Part shown: positions 28,815-38,581 of the stretch, piece after piece
How the letters are laid out: each line of letters opens with the position of its first letter
How positions within the stretch are numbered: the stretch's first letter is position 1
From: Armatimonadota bacterium
Lineage (GTDB): Bacteria > Armatimonadota > SYMT01
Direction: 5' to 3'
DNA: 64,000 nt
Assembly (NCBI GenBank): GCA_046292385.1
Contig: JBKBRF010000008.1
Span: 95,499-159,498 of the forward strand
Notes under the pieces: model-generated
Told to the model about the DNA's origin: nothing
The model's input: only the letters and a program-made list of their open reading frames with translations
Database searches by the model: none
Translations under genes and position numbers: made by a program

Positions 28815-30704
28815 ATGACCGCTACCCTGTCCCCACCTTCCACTGCCCCCGGTGTCACGTCGCTGCGTGAGGCCGGAGACCTGAGCCGGCGGCCGAAGCC
28901 GATGACGGCGCCGCAGGCGTTCCAGGCGACGGTGCGCCGGCACGGCGACCGGGTGGCGCTGCGGTACAAGGTCGACGGCGAGTGGCGGCCGATCACCTAC
29001 CGGGAGATGGGCGAGCGGGTGCGGCGGCTGGCGCTGGGGCTGCACGCGCTCGGGGTGCGGCACGGCGCGCGGGTGGCGCTGCTCTCGGAGAACCGGCCGG
29101 AGTGGGCGGTGACCGACCAGGCGGTCCTCTCCCTCGGCGCGGTGAACGTGCCGCTCTACAGCACCTTGCCGCCGCCGCAGGTGGAGTACATCGCCGCCGA
29201 CGCCGGCGCGGAGGTGCTGATCGTCTCCCACGGCAAGCAGCTCGAGAAGGTGCTGGCGGTGCGCGACCGCCTGACCGCCCTGCGCCACGTGGTGGTGATG
29301 GACCCGCCGGAGCCGCTGCCGGAGGGCGTGCTGACCTTCGCGGAAGTGCTGGAGCGAGGGGGGGCGGTCCCCGGCGGGTCGGAGACGCTGGAGCGCCTCG
29401 CCGCCGCGGTGAAGCCGGAAGACCTGGCGAGCATCATCTACACCTCCGGCACCACCGGCGCGCCGAAGGGCGCGATGCTGACGCACGACAACTTCATCTC
29501 CAACGCGCAGACCGTGGTCGACATGGTCGACGTGACGGAGAACGACACCTTCCTCTCGTTCCTCCCGCTCTCGCACGTCTTCGAGCGGATGGCGGGGCAC
29601 TACCTGCCGCTCCAGGTGGGGGCGACGATTGCCTACGCGGAGAGCGTCTTCACCGTGCAGAGCAATATGGTGGAGATCAACCCCACCATCATGGCGAGCG
29701 TGCCGCGCCTCTACGAGAGCATGCACTCCCGCATCCAGGACGGCATCGCCAAGCAGCCGGAGCGCAAGCGGAAGCTGGCGGAGTGGGCGGTGAAGGTCGG
29801 CTGGGAGCGGAACAGCCGCACCATCGAGGGGAAGAGCCCCGGCCTGCTCACGGCGCTCCAGTACGCGATTGCCGACCGGCTGGTGCTGAAGCCGCTGCGG
29901 GAGCGAGTGACCGGCACCTCGCTGCGGTTCTTCATCTCCGGCGGCGCGCCGCTGCCGGTGGAGACGGCGAAGTTCATCGCCTCGATTGGCTTGCGGATCC
30001 TGGAGGGCTACGGCCTCACCGAGACCTCCCCGGTGATCTGCGTCAACCTGCCGGAGAAGACGCGCATCGGCACCGTCGGGCCGCCGATCCCGGGCGTCCA
30101 GGTGCGGATCGCGGAGGATGGCGAGATCCTCTCCCGCGGGCCGCACATCATGCAGGGCTACTACAACCTGCCGGAGGAGACGGCGAACGCGATCGACGCG
30201 GAGGGCTGGTTCCATACCGGCGACATCGGCGTGCTCGACCCGGACGGCTACCTGCGGATCACCGACCGCAAGAAAGACCTGATCGTGCTGGCGAACGGCA
30301 AGAACGTAGCGCCGCAGCCGATCGAGGCGAAGGTGAAGGCAAGCCCGTACATCAACACGGTGGTGCTCTTCGGCGACCGCCAGCCGCAGGTGGTGGCGCT
30401 GATCGTCCCCGCCTACGACCGCCTGAAGAACTGGGCGAAGGAGCGCGGCATCGAAGGCCGGGACCCGGAGGCGCTCTCCAAACACCCCGACGTGAAGAAG
30501 CTGCTCCGCAAGGAGATCGACGAGCACACGCAGGACCTTGCCGACTTCGAGAAGATCCGCCGCTTCGCCATCCTGACGGAGGACTTCACGATGGAGAAGG
30601 GGGAGCTCACTCCCACGCTCAAGATCAAGCGCAAGGTGGTGGCGGAGCACTACGCGGACGAGGTCCGCTCCCTCTACGGCGGCGCCCGCGCGGACGCCGG
30701 CTAG
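28815..30704 (+). CDS. Long-chain fatty acid-CoA ligase (FadD15/Aas-like)
   Basis: YTSGTTGAPKG, EGYGLTET, WFHTGDIG, RKKD.I...GKNV.P and ELTPTLK. Confidence 0.94.
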   Translation: MTATLSPPSTAPGVTSLREAGDLSRRPKPMTAPQAFQATVRRHGDRVALRYKVDGEWRPITYREMGERVRRLALGLHALGVRHGARVALLSENRPEWAVTDQAVLSLGAVNVPLYSTLPPPQVEYIAADAGAEVLIVSHGKQLEKVLAVRDRLTALRHVVVMDPPEPLPEGVLTFAEVLERGGAVPGGSETLERLAAAVKPEDLASIIYTSGTTGAPKGAMLTHDNFISNAQTVVDMVDVTENDTFLSFLPLSHVFERMAGHYLPLQVGATIAYAESVFTVQSNMVEINPTIMASVPRLYESMHSRIQDGIAKQPERKRKLAEWAVKVGWERNSRTIEGKSPGLLTALQYAIADRLVLKPLRERVTGTSLRFFISGGAPLPVETAKFIASIGLRILEGYGLTETSPVICVNLPEKTRIGTVGPPIPGVQVRIAEDGEILSRGPHIMQGYYNLPEETANAIDAEGWFHTGDIGVLDPDGYLRITDRKKDLIVLANGKNVAPQPIEAKVKASPYINTVVLFGDRQPQVVALIVPAYDRLKNWAKERGIEGRDPEALSKHPDVKKLLRKEIDEHTQDLADFEKIRRFAILTEDFTMEKGELTPTLKIKRKVVAEHYADEVRSLYGGARADAG

Positions 30705-30847
30705 CCCGGCGCCGGGGCGACACCCTCCGCTACAATAGGGGCATGAGGGCCGGGCGTACCCGCGTGGAGGTGGAGGTGGTTGCGTTGACGAGCTGGGTTT
30801 CTCGCCGCAGAGCCACTTCGCTTTCGAGCCGGTTAAAACGGGAGGTG

Positions 30848-30990
30848 GGCACTTCGGCGCGGCCTAACCCCCCGATCCTCCCCCGTTCGGGGGACAAGCC
30901 TTCCCCTGAAGTGAAAGGGGGAGCAGGCTGGCTCTACACCGATAGCTCCCCTCTCCTCTCAGGAGAGGGGCCGGGGGTGAGGCCCCGTGA
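30848..30990 (+). repeat. REP-like palindromic repeat (CCCCTCTCC...GGAGAGGGG...GGGGTGAGG), copy 1
   Basis: Near-identical to 57646-57768. Confidence 0.85.
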
Positions 30991-31056
30991 GCAGCAGCTG
31001 CCCCCGCTTCGCCACCCGGTAGTACCTGTCCGCAAACGCAGCCAGGGGAGGTCCGC

Positions 31057-32289
31057 GTGAGAGCCGCCGCCGCGCTCCTCCTACTCCTGTTGCCCGCCGC
31101 GGTGGCGGCCGCGCGCCTGCCGGTAATCTCCGGGACGGTCAACCTGCGCGACGTTCGGGTAATCCAGGCCGGCTCGCTGGCCGACCGCGCCCGGGGACCG
31201 GCGGCCCTGCCGCAGCGGATCTCCGCGGAGCTGCGCGAGGTCACGGTGCGAGAGGCAGCGGAGACGCTCGGCTCCCTGATCGGGGTGGGGGTGGACGTGC
31301 CGGCGCCGCCGACCGCTCGCGAAGACGGGCTTCCCGTGCTCGACTACGAGCGCCGCGCCACCCTTTCCTGGAAGGACGCTCCCCTGGCGCAGGCGCTGCG
31401 GGAGTTCTGCGCCGCCTACGGCTGCAGCCTGGCGCGTGACTACCGCGGCAGCTACAACGTCTTGCCGGAGCCGCTCCCCTCCGGGCCGGAGCTGAAGCTG
31501 GAGGGCTTCGTCCTCTCCGTGCGGCGGATCCAGTTCGGCGACTATCGCTCGACCGGGGAGGCGCCGGACGACAACCAGACTCGCCGGGCGCTGCACCTGG
31601 AGTTCGGGCTGCGGGCGGTTGACGCGGAGATGGCCTCGCTCTACGGGCTCAATCACGTGCGGGTGGTCGACCAGAGCGGTCGGGACCGGCTCGACCCGTC
31701 CGACCCGGCACTGAACCCCACCCCCGCGGGCCGCACCGAGATCGGTCCCTTTCCGGACGAGCGGATTCAGCGTGTGGTGCTGGAGTGGCCCTACCCCACC
31801 CCGCACCGCCTCCGCAAGATTGAGGGAGACCTGGTGCTCTACCAGGCGGTGCGGCGGCGGAAGGTGGTCGTTCCCATTCCCGCTGCGAACGAGCGCCCGG
31901 AGACGATCCGCACCCAGGAGCTGCAGTTCGGCTACTCGCAGGTGTCCCACGGTCCGGAGAGCTTCCAGGCGCTGGTGCAGGTGGTGCACCCTCCCACGGC
32001 GGAGCTGCTGCTCTCCGGCTCGGCCCCGCCGGTGACGCTGGAGCTGGAGGACGGCACGACGGCGACGGCCCGGACGCTGATCAATAGCTGGGGCTTCAGC
32101 GAGGGCGTGCTGACCGGCTACGTGACGGTGAACGCCGGCCGGCTGCCGTCCCGCCCGGTGCGGATGGTCTGGGACGTGGCGTTCCGCTCCCAGGTCACGC
32201 GGAAAGTCCGCTTCCAGTGGGAGAGCTACCCGGCGATCCTGGGTCCGGCCCCCGCCCCGGCCGCCAAGCGCGCGGAGGCCGGCTTGTGA
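31057..32289 (+). CDS. Secreted hypothetical protein with STN-like N-terminal units
   Basis: Signal peptide and two strand-helix units. Paralogous to the next gene. Confidence 0.7.
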   Translation: MRAAAALLLLLLPAAVAAARLPVISGTVNLRDVRVIQAGSLADRARGPAALPQRISAELREVTVREAAETLGSLIGVGVDVPAPPTAREDGLPVLDYERRATLSWKDAPLAQALREFCAAYGCSLARDYRGSYNVLPEPLPSGPELKLEGFVLSVRRIQFGDYRSTGEAPDDNQTRRALHLEFGLRAVDAEMASLYGLNHVRVVDQSGRDRLDPSDPALNPTPAGRTEIGPFPDERIQRVVLEWPYPTPHRLRKIEGDLVLYQAVRRRKVVVPIPAANERPETIRTQELQFGYSQVSHGPESFQALVQVVHPPTAELLLSGSAPPVTLELEDGTTATARTLINSWGFSEGVLTGYVTVNAGRLPSRPVRMVWDVAFRSQVTRKVRFQWESYPAILGPAPAPAAKRAEAGL

Positions 32290-33734
32290 GGATCCCGCTG
32301 CTCTGCGCGTGTGGGCTGAGCGCACTTCTCGCGGTGGGAGCGCAGGCGGCGCCGGTGGTGACGCTCCGGTCGGAGAACGCCACGCTGCACCAGGTCTTCC
32401 GGGCGCTGCGGGAGCAGACCGGTCTCACCTTCCGCGGCCAGGACGGCGAGGGGAACCCGGGCTACCGGGAGCAGCCCGGAGCCCGGCGCGCGCGGGTCGA
32501 CTGGCAGAGCCGGCCGCTCGGGCTGGCGGTGCGGGACCTCTGCCGTCTCTACGGTCAGACCGCCGCGCCCCTGGGCGACGAGGGTTTCTGGTTCCACACG
32601 GCGCCGATGCCGGCGCGGAGCGAGACCCCGGCCGGCGGGGTCTCGGTGGGAGTCACCCGGCTGGCGCAGTCGGAGCAGTTCCTGGTGGTGCCCGGGCGGG
32701 AGGCGCCGCGCGTCCGCCGCTCGCTCCTGATGCACCTGATGTTCCGGGCGGAGGACGGCAACGGAGACTCGCTGGGCCCGCTGCGGCGGCTGGTGCTGAC
32801 CGACGACCAGGGGCGCAAGCACGAAGCGAAGGAGCTGCCCCCGGGCCGCGACGGCAGCTTCGGGCTACCGGACGAGCGGCTGCGGATCGTCTCGATTCCC
32901 TGGCAGGGAGCCCACCCGCCCCGCTTCACGGAGGTGGAGGGCGAGCTGACCGTTTACGGGGATGCCCGGGAGCACCGGCACTCGATCTCGCTCCCGGCGG
33001 TGGCGGTGCCGCAGCCGGTGCAGATGGGCCCGGTGCGGCTGGAGGTGACCCACCTGGAGTCGCAGCTCGGACGCACCCGCGTCGCCGCGCGCCTGACCTG
33101 GCCGAAGGGCTACGTGGTGGAGCACAACGGTCCCAGCGCCGTCCGGCTGCTGGTCCGCCTTTCCGAGGGCGGCCTGGAGCGCCTCTACGGCCCGTTCCAG
33201 ACGGTACACAACGCGGACGGCTCCGGCAGCCTCACGTTCGATCACACCTTCTCCTACGACCGGCCCGCAGTCGCTTTCGAGCTGTTCGTCCCCGCCCGCG
33301 GCGGCGAGGAGCGCGCCGTGCCGTTCCGGCTGCGCAACGTGGTGCTCCCGTTCGGCCAGCCGGCCCAGATCCGGACCGAGCCGCTGAACGAGCAGCCGCG
33401 CCCGGCGCCGAAAGCCCGTCCGCTGGTGCCGCCGGAGCTCTCCGCCCCAAACGGAGGCGCCCTCCTCCTCCCGCTCCCGGCGGGGGCACCGGACCTGGAG
33501 CCGAGCATCGGGCTCAGCCTGCGCCGGGCGGACGGCTCCTGGACCCCGGTCCGCTGGATCACCCCGGAAGTGAGCGCGCGCGCCGCCCGCCTGCCGGGCC
33601 TGCGCCCTGGCGTCTACCGCGTGCGCCTGCAGCTCTGGCGGCGCGGGACCGACGGCACGCTGGAGCGCCTCCCTGTCGAGGAGCGATCCGGAACGGTGAC
33701 GATCGTCGCCGGACAGGAAGCGCGCCTCCCGTGA
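32286..33734 (+). CDS. Secreted hypothetical protein, paralogue of the upstream gene
   Basis: GTGA overlap, signal peptide, and shared DQ.GR, PDER and EG(D/E)L.(L/V)Y motifs. Confidence 0.7.
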   Translation: MRIPLLCACGLSALLAVGAQAAPVVTLRSENATLHQVFRALREQTGLTFRGQDGEGNPGYREQPGARRARVDWQSRPLGLAVRDLCRLYGQTAAPLGDEGFWFHTAPMPARSETPAGGVSVGVTRLAQSEQFLVVPGREAPRVRRSLLMHLMFRAEDGNGDSLGPLRRLVLTDDQGRKHEAKELPPGRDGSFGLPDERLRIVSIPWQGAHPPRFTEVEGELTVYGDAREHRHSISLPAVAVPQPVQMGPVRLEVTHLESQLGRTRVAARLTWPKGYVVEHNGPSAVRLLVRLSEGGLERLYGPFQTVHNADGSGSLTFDHTFSYDRPAVAFELFVPARGGEERAVPFRLRNVVLPFGQPAQIRTEPLNEQPRPAPKARPLVPPELSAPNGGALLLPLPAGAPDLEPSIGLSLRRADGSWTPVRWITPEVSARAARLPGLRPGVYRVRLQLWRRGTDGTLERLPVEERSGTVTIVAGQEARLP

Positions 33735-34522
33735 GCGAGTTGAAGCTGCAGGACATCGTCTCGAGTGCCGGTATCCGCTGGGATGCCGCTGCGCCGGAGC
33801 CGCCGGTGCTGCAGCCGGGCGAGCTGCACCTCTGGGCCACCGCGATCCCGGAGGAGCTCGATCCGGAAACCCGCGAGCGGCTGCTCCCGCTCCTGAACGA
33901 GGAAGAGCGCGCCCCGTACGAGCGCCTTCGACTGGCGCGCGATCGCGACCTCCACCTCGCCGCCCACGCGCACCTTCGGCAAGTGCTCTCCCAGTATGCG
34001 GACGATCCACCGGAGGCGTGGCGCTTCACCCGCAACCGGTACGACCGCCCGTTCGTGGAGAACCCCTCCCTCCGCGGTCGGCTCTACTTCAGCCTGACGC
34101 ACACCGCCGGCCTGGCGGTGACCCTGGTCTCGACGATCGAGGAAGCAGGGGTCGATTCGGAGTGCCTGGGGCGGAAGGTCGGCATCCACCGCGTGGCGCG
34201 CGGCGTCTTCGCTCCCTCGGAGTACGCGGACCTCCTCGCGCTGGCGGAAGAGGCCCAGCGGGAGCGGTTCCTGCAGCTCTGGACCCTGAAGGAAGCCTAC
34301 ATCAAGGCACGCGGCATGGGCATGGCGCTCCCGCTGCAGCGCTTCGCCTACCGGTTCGAGGGCGGCGCCGTTGCGCTGGAGGTCGACCCCGAGATCGATC
34401 CCAACCCCGCCCCCTGGCGCGCCGCCACCTTCCAGCTCGGCCCCGAGCACCAGGTCGCGCTCGCGGTCCGCCACCCGGAGCAGGTCCCGCTCCGCCTCAA
34501 GGTGGCCGTCCACCCGGTGTAG
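33731..34522 (+). CDS. Sfp-type 4'-phosphopantetheinyl transferase
   Basis: FSLTHT, GVDSE and LWTLKEAYIKARG. GTGA-coupled to the upstream gene. Confidence 0.92.
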   Translation: MSELKLQDIVSSAGIRWDAAAPEPPVLQPGELHLWATAIPEELDPETRERLLPLLNEEERAPYERLRLARDRDLHLAAHAHLRQVLSQYADDPPEAWRFTRNRYDRPFVENPSLRGRLYFSLTHTAGLAVTLVSTIEEAGVDSECLGRKVGIHRVARGVFAPSEYADLLALAEEAQRERFLQLWTLKEAYIKARGMGMALPLQRFAYRFEGGAVALEVDPEIDPNPAPWRAATFQLGPEHQVALAVRHPEQVPLRLKVAVHPV

Positions 34523-34987
34523 TCGCCGGCACCTGGGAGGTGCGCCATAGAGCGCTGCCGTACGGCCAACCATCCGTGAAGTCGCCCCCATCTCAGGTGC
34601 CAGCGTCGCGTCCTCCAGGTGGTAGAAGTGGGCCAGCTCGTTCGTTTGATCACCACCCCCACCGGACTCGCCATTCTGACCGAAGGGAAGAATCGCGGCA
34701 GCCGTTCTGGAACGGGATGCGCATCGGGGTGAAGAGGAGCTGGCCTGCCGGTGCGCTCCCGAGCGTAGCCCCTCCCGCTCTCGGCTGGAGCGGAGTGACG
34801 TAGATCCTTCCCTGCGTTCAGGATGACTGGGGTGGGGAGACGCAGGCAGCCGTGCACGCGGCGGGAGGCTGGAGCGCGCCTGGGTGCAGCGTACTTGCCC
34901 CGGTGGCTTGGCTATCGCTGGAACCGGGGAGCGGGGCCAACCCGCCATCCCCAGCTCTCCCACTCCCCCACTCTCCCTTGCCCCCAC

Positions 34988-36316
34988 TCAGTGGGAAGTG
35001 CGGAAGCACTTCAGGTTGCCGGCGCGGTCTTTGCAGTAGAGGCGGCTGTTGGCGAGCACCACGTGCGGCCAGACTTCGGTGGCGAAGAGCTTCGGCAGGA
35101 AGACGAGCTCCGTGTACTGATCCGGGGAGCGGACGGCGCTCTCCACCAGTGCCAGGTCGCCTTCGTTGGCCCAGACGATGAGGCGGTCGTCGCCCGTCGC
35201 GATGATCGAGGCCACGTCGCCGAACTTGCCGCCGTCCCACTTCAGCTCGCCGGTGGCCCAGTCGAGGCAGTGGAGGCCGCGGCTGGCGAGGTAGACGCGG
35301 TCCTTGTAGATGACCGGGCTGCAAACGCCGGAGGGGTACGGCTGCTCCCACGCCTTGCGGAGGCCGCTCAGGGAGACGTCGAAGCGGGCGATCTTCCGAT
35401 GGTTGTAGTTGGAGGTGATCAGGACGCTGTTGCCCTGCACGGCGGGCGTGGGGATGTTGTTGGCGTAGTCGGTGGCCCAGGGGTGCGTCGCGACCGTCTT
35501 TCCGGCGTTCGCGGAATCGAGGCGGGCGACCAGCAGCCCCTCCAGCGTGAGGACGGCGACGCACGGCACGCCCTCCACCGTCATCGGCGCCAGGCCCGCG
35601 GCGTGGCCGGCGGGGACCTTGCTCTCGGAGGTCCAGCGGCGGGTGCCGGTGCGCTTGTCGAACGCCATCAGGGTGCCTTCGTCGTCGCCGACCTCCACGA
35701 TCAGCCAGTCGCCGTGGACCAGCGGCGCGGCGGTGTAGCCGTAGTCGCGCCGGCTGTCGCCGCGGCGGGTGATCTGTGGGCGCTGGGGCACCCCGTAGGT
35801 GTCGTACAGGTTCAGCTTCCAGACCGCCTTGCCGTTCTCGCGCGTGTTCCAGCAGTGGAGCGCGCCGTCGACCCCGAGCGTGTAGAGGAAGCCGGTCTGT
35901 GGGTCGTACTCCGGCGTGGCGGAGACGCCGGAGTAGAAGAACTGGTCGCCGACGGCGTGGCGGCCGTACTCCGGCGCGGGGTAGCCCTGCTCCCAGAGCT
36001 TCTCTCCAGTGGCGGCGTTCAGGCAGACGAGGCGGTCCTGTCCCCCGTGCCAGCCGAGGGTGTAGAGGCGGTCGCCGACCACCAGCGGCGAGGTGGAGCC
36101 GCGGCCGACGGAGGCGCTCCAGGCAGGCGTCTTGACCGCCCACTGGCCGTTCGCCCAGCCGGAGGGCTCCGACGTGACGCCGGTCCGCTGCTCGCCCCGC
36201 CAGTGCGGCCAGTCCGCCGCGGAGCCCGCCAGCGGAAGCAGCAGGGCGAGGAGCGGCGCCCACGGCCGGAGTGGCCGCCGGCGCCGGCTCCTCATCCTGC
36301 CGCTATCTGCCGTCAT
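34988..36316 (-). CDS. PQQ-binding-like beta-propeller protein
   Basis: ADWPHWRG after a signal peptide, with repeated C...TG...W units. Confidence 0.9.
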   Translation of the reverse strand: MTADSGRMRSRRRRPLRPWAPLLALLLPLAGSAADWPHWRGEQRTGVTSEPSGWANGQWAVKTPAWSASVGRGSTSPLVVGDRLYTLGWHGGQDRLVCLNAATGEKLWEQGYPAPEYGRHAVGDQFFYSGVSATPEYDPQTGFLYTLGVDGALHCWNTRENGKAVWKLNLYDTYGVPQRPQITRRGDSRRDYGYTAAPLVHGDWLIVEVGDDEGTLMAFDKRTGTRRWTSESKVPAGHAAGLAPMTVEGVPCVAVLTLEGLLVARLDSANAGKTVATHPWATDYANNIPTPAVQGNSVLITSNYNHRKIARFDVSLSGLRKAWEQPYPSGVCSPVIYKDRVYLASRGLHCLDWATGELKWDGGKFGDVASIIATGDDRLIVWANEGDLALVESAVRSPDQYTELVFLPKLFATEVWPHVVLANSRLYCKDRAGNLKCFRTSH

Positions 36317-36410
36317 ACGCTGCTCGCCTCGCCGCATCGGTCCCCCCCCCGCGCCGCACAAGCCCGCGCCGCACTAGCGATTTCACCTGGCGAGCGAGCG
36401 TTCTCCTGCT

Positions 36411-38096
36411 CTACATTGCCATCGGGAAGAGCGTGGCCGCCACCAGCGTCACCAGGAAGCCGGTAACGCCGATTACCGCCAGGACGGTGGTGACGTAGCG
36501 CAGGCCTTCCATCTCCGTCATACCGCTCATCTTGGTCACCACCCAGAAGCCGCTGTCGTTCATCCAGCCGATCGGCAGCGCGCCGCAGCCGATGGTGAGC
36601 GCCAGGTAGACCGGGTGGAAGCCGAGGCTCTGGCCCGCCATCCCGGCGAAGACGCCGGCGGTGGTGATCATGGCGACGGTAGAGGAGCCCTGGGCGGTGC
36701 GGATGGCGCTGGAGACGAGAAACGCGAGCGTGAGCAGCACCACCGGAGAGCTGCGCGGCATCTGGCTGATCAGCCCTGCCACGCCGGTCTGCTGCAGCAC
36801 CGCGCCGAACGCTCCGCCCGCGGCGGTGATCAGGATCACGCTTCCCGCGCTGGAGATCGCGGACTCGAGCGATTCCGCCATCTCCTCGCGGCTGGTGCGC
36901 TGCTTCCAGACCAGCGTCCCCATCGCGATGGCGGCGGCGATCAGGAGGGAGATGTTCTTGTCGCCCAGGGTATCCGCCCACGGCTTCACCGCGGGCGAAG
37001 GCTGCCAGCCGAACGTCTGGAGCAGCGTGTACCCGCCCATCAGCACCACCGGCAGCGCGATCGGGAGCATGGAGAGCCAGGTGGGGGGCAGCTTGCTATC
37101 ACCGCGCTGGGAGAGCTCCTCCAGCTCCTTCAGGGAGAGATCGGCGGAGTCCCGCAGCGGGAGTTGGTACTTGCGGTTGAGGAAGGCGGCGAAGAGATAG
37201 CCGGCCGTCGCCGCGATCGACCCGACCACCATCCCCGCCAGGATCATCTCCCCCACCGGCACCTTCAACTGCTCGGCCACCAGCAGCGGGCCGGGAGTTG
37301 GCGGCACCAGGGTGTGGGCCATTGCGCCGCCGGCGACTACCGTGAGCACGAAGAGCAGGTAGTTGCGGCCGGTCCGCAGCGCCATCGCCTTGGCGAGCGG
37401 GATCATCAGGTAGAAGACGGTATCGAAGAAGACCGGCACGCCGAGCAGGAAGCTGCTGCCGAGGAACGCGCCGGGCGCGCCCTTCTCTCCCGTCAGCCGA
37501 AGGGACGAGCGGACGATGCGGTCCGCCGCGCCGCTCTTGAGGAGGCACATGCCGACGATCGAGGCCAGCGCGATCAGGATACCGATGTTGGCGCAGGTGG
37601 CGCCGAAGCCGGCCGCCACGCGCTGCGCCACGTTCTGCGTGGCCAGCTTCTGCGCCGCCGCCAGGACCGCCGGCTGGACCGCCAGATCGCCCGCCTGCGG
37701 CTGCCAGCCGGCGCCGCGGACCGCCGCCACCGCCTGCTGGACCATCTCGCCCTTCGTGTTGGGCGCCTCGACGAACCGGTCGATCTGCAGCTCGCCGACG
37801 CTGGTCCACCGCCCGTCCGCCGGGGAGCGCCGGACCACCTGGTAGAGCAGGCCGATCCGGCCGCCCTGCTTCTCTGTGAGGCTCAAGGTCGCCTCGCCCG
37901 CCCCGGCGGAGACGACCTTTGAGGCCTCCCTCTGAAGGCTGTACCCTTCGATGCTGCCCGCCGGGGTGAGCACTCCCACCAGCAGCGCCCCGAGCAGCAG
38001 AGCTAGAAATGCGTGGAGGCGCAGGAAGAGCACCCCACCGACTACCACCAACACACCCGCGACCAGAATAGCGAGGGTCGCTCCGGCAGAATCCAT
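36411..38096 (-). CDS. GntP family permease
   Basis: LHAFLAL, PVFFD, H.LVPPTPGP, AGGAFG, AQGSSTVA and NDSGFW. Confidence 0.92.
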   Translation of the reverse strand: MDSAGATLAILVAGVLVVVGGVLFLRLHAFLALLLGALLVGVLTPAGSIEGYSLQREASKVVSAGAGEATLSLTEKQGGRIGLLYQVVRRSPADGRWTSVGELQIDRFVEAPNTKGEMVQQAVAAVRGAGWQPQAGDLAVQPAVLAAAQKLATQNVAQRVAAGFGATCANIGILIALASIVGMCLLKSGAADRIVRSSLRLTGEKGAPGAFLGSSFLLGVPVFFDTVFYLMIPLAKAMALRTGRNYLLFVLTVVAGGAMAHTLVPPTPGPLLVAEQLKVPVGEMILAGMVVGSIAATAGYLFAAFLNRKYQLPLRDSADLSLKELEELSQRGDSKLPPTWLSMLPIALPVVLMGGYTLLQTFGWQPSPAVKPWADTLGDKNISLLIAAAIAMGTLVWKQRTSREEMAESLESAISSAGSVILITAAGGAFGAVLQQTGVAGLISQMPRSSPVVLLTLAFLVSSAIRTAQGSSTVAMITTAGVFAGMAGQSLGFHPVYLALTIGCGALPIGWMNDSGFWVVTKMSGMTEMEGLRYVTTVLAVIGVTGFLVTLVAATLFPMAM

Positions 38097-38581
38097 CCGA
38101 TACTCCTCGAGCCACCGGCCACGGCCCCGTAACCGGTTAACGGATCCAGCGGCAGCGGGATCCCCCCGCCGGTGCGACTCCGCACCTGCCCCTCGATCCG
38201 GTACTACTTTCGGCCACGACGCCACCGCCGGGCCGCGCGCAAGACTATCTCACCACATCCGCCGCGGGCCGCTCTCCTACTTGTAAGGCGAAGCGGTCCG
38301 CGAGAACTCCGGGGAGCGGCTCTCTCGCCGCGAGAGGTGCTTTCCCCACGCGCGGGCGGCGGACCTCCACGCAGGCACGAAATCGGGTAAGACGCGGTGA
38401 TCGCGGGGAGCTTTCTCGCTCGCTCCACGTGGGGGTGCTCCCAGGACTTGCCAGGGGCCGAGAGTTCGGCCTGGAAGAATAAGATGCCTTGGCATCAAAC
38501 TTGCCATCCAATGAATCTCTAAGGATCGAACGGGCACTTTCTATCCGAGCAAGCACCCGCTCGCCGAGGAGAGATCATCCC

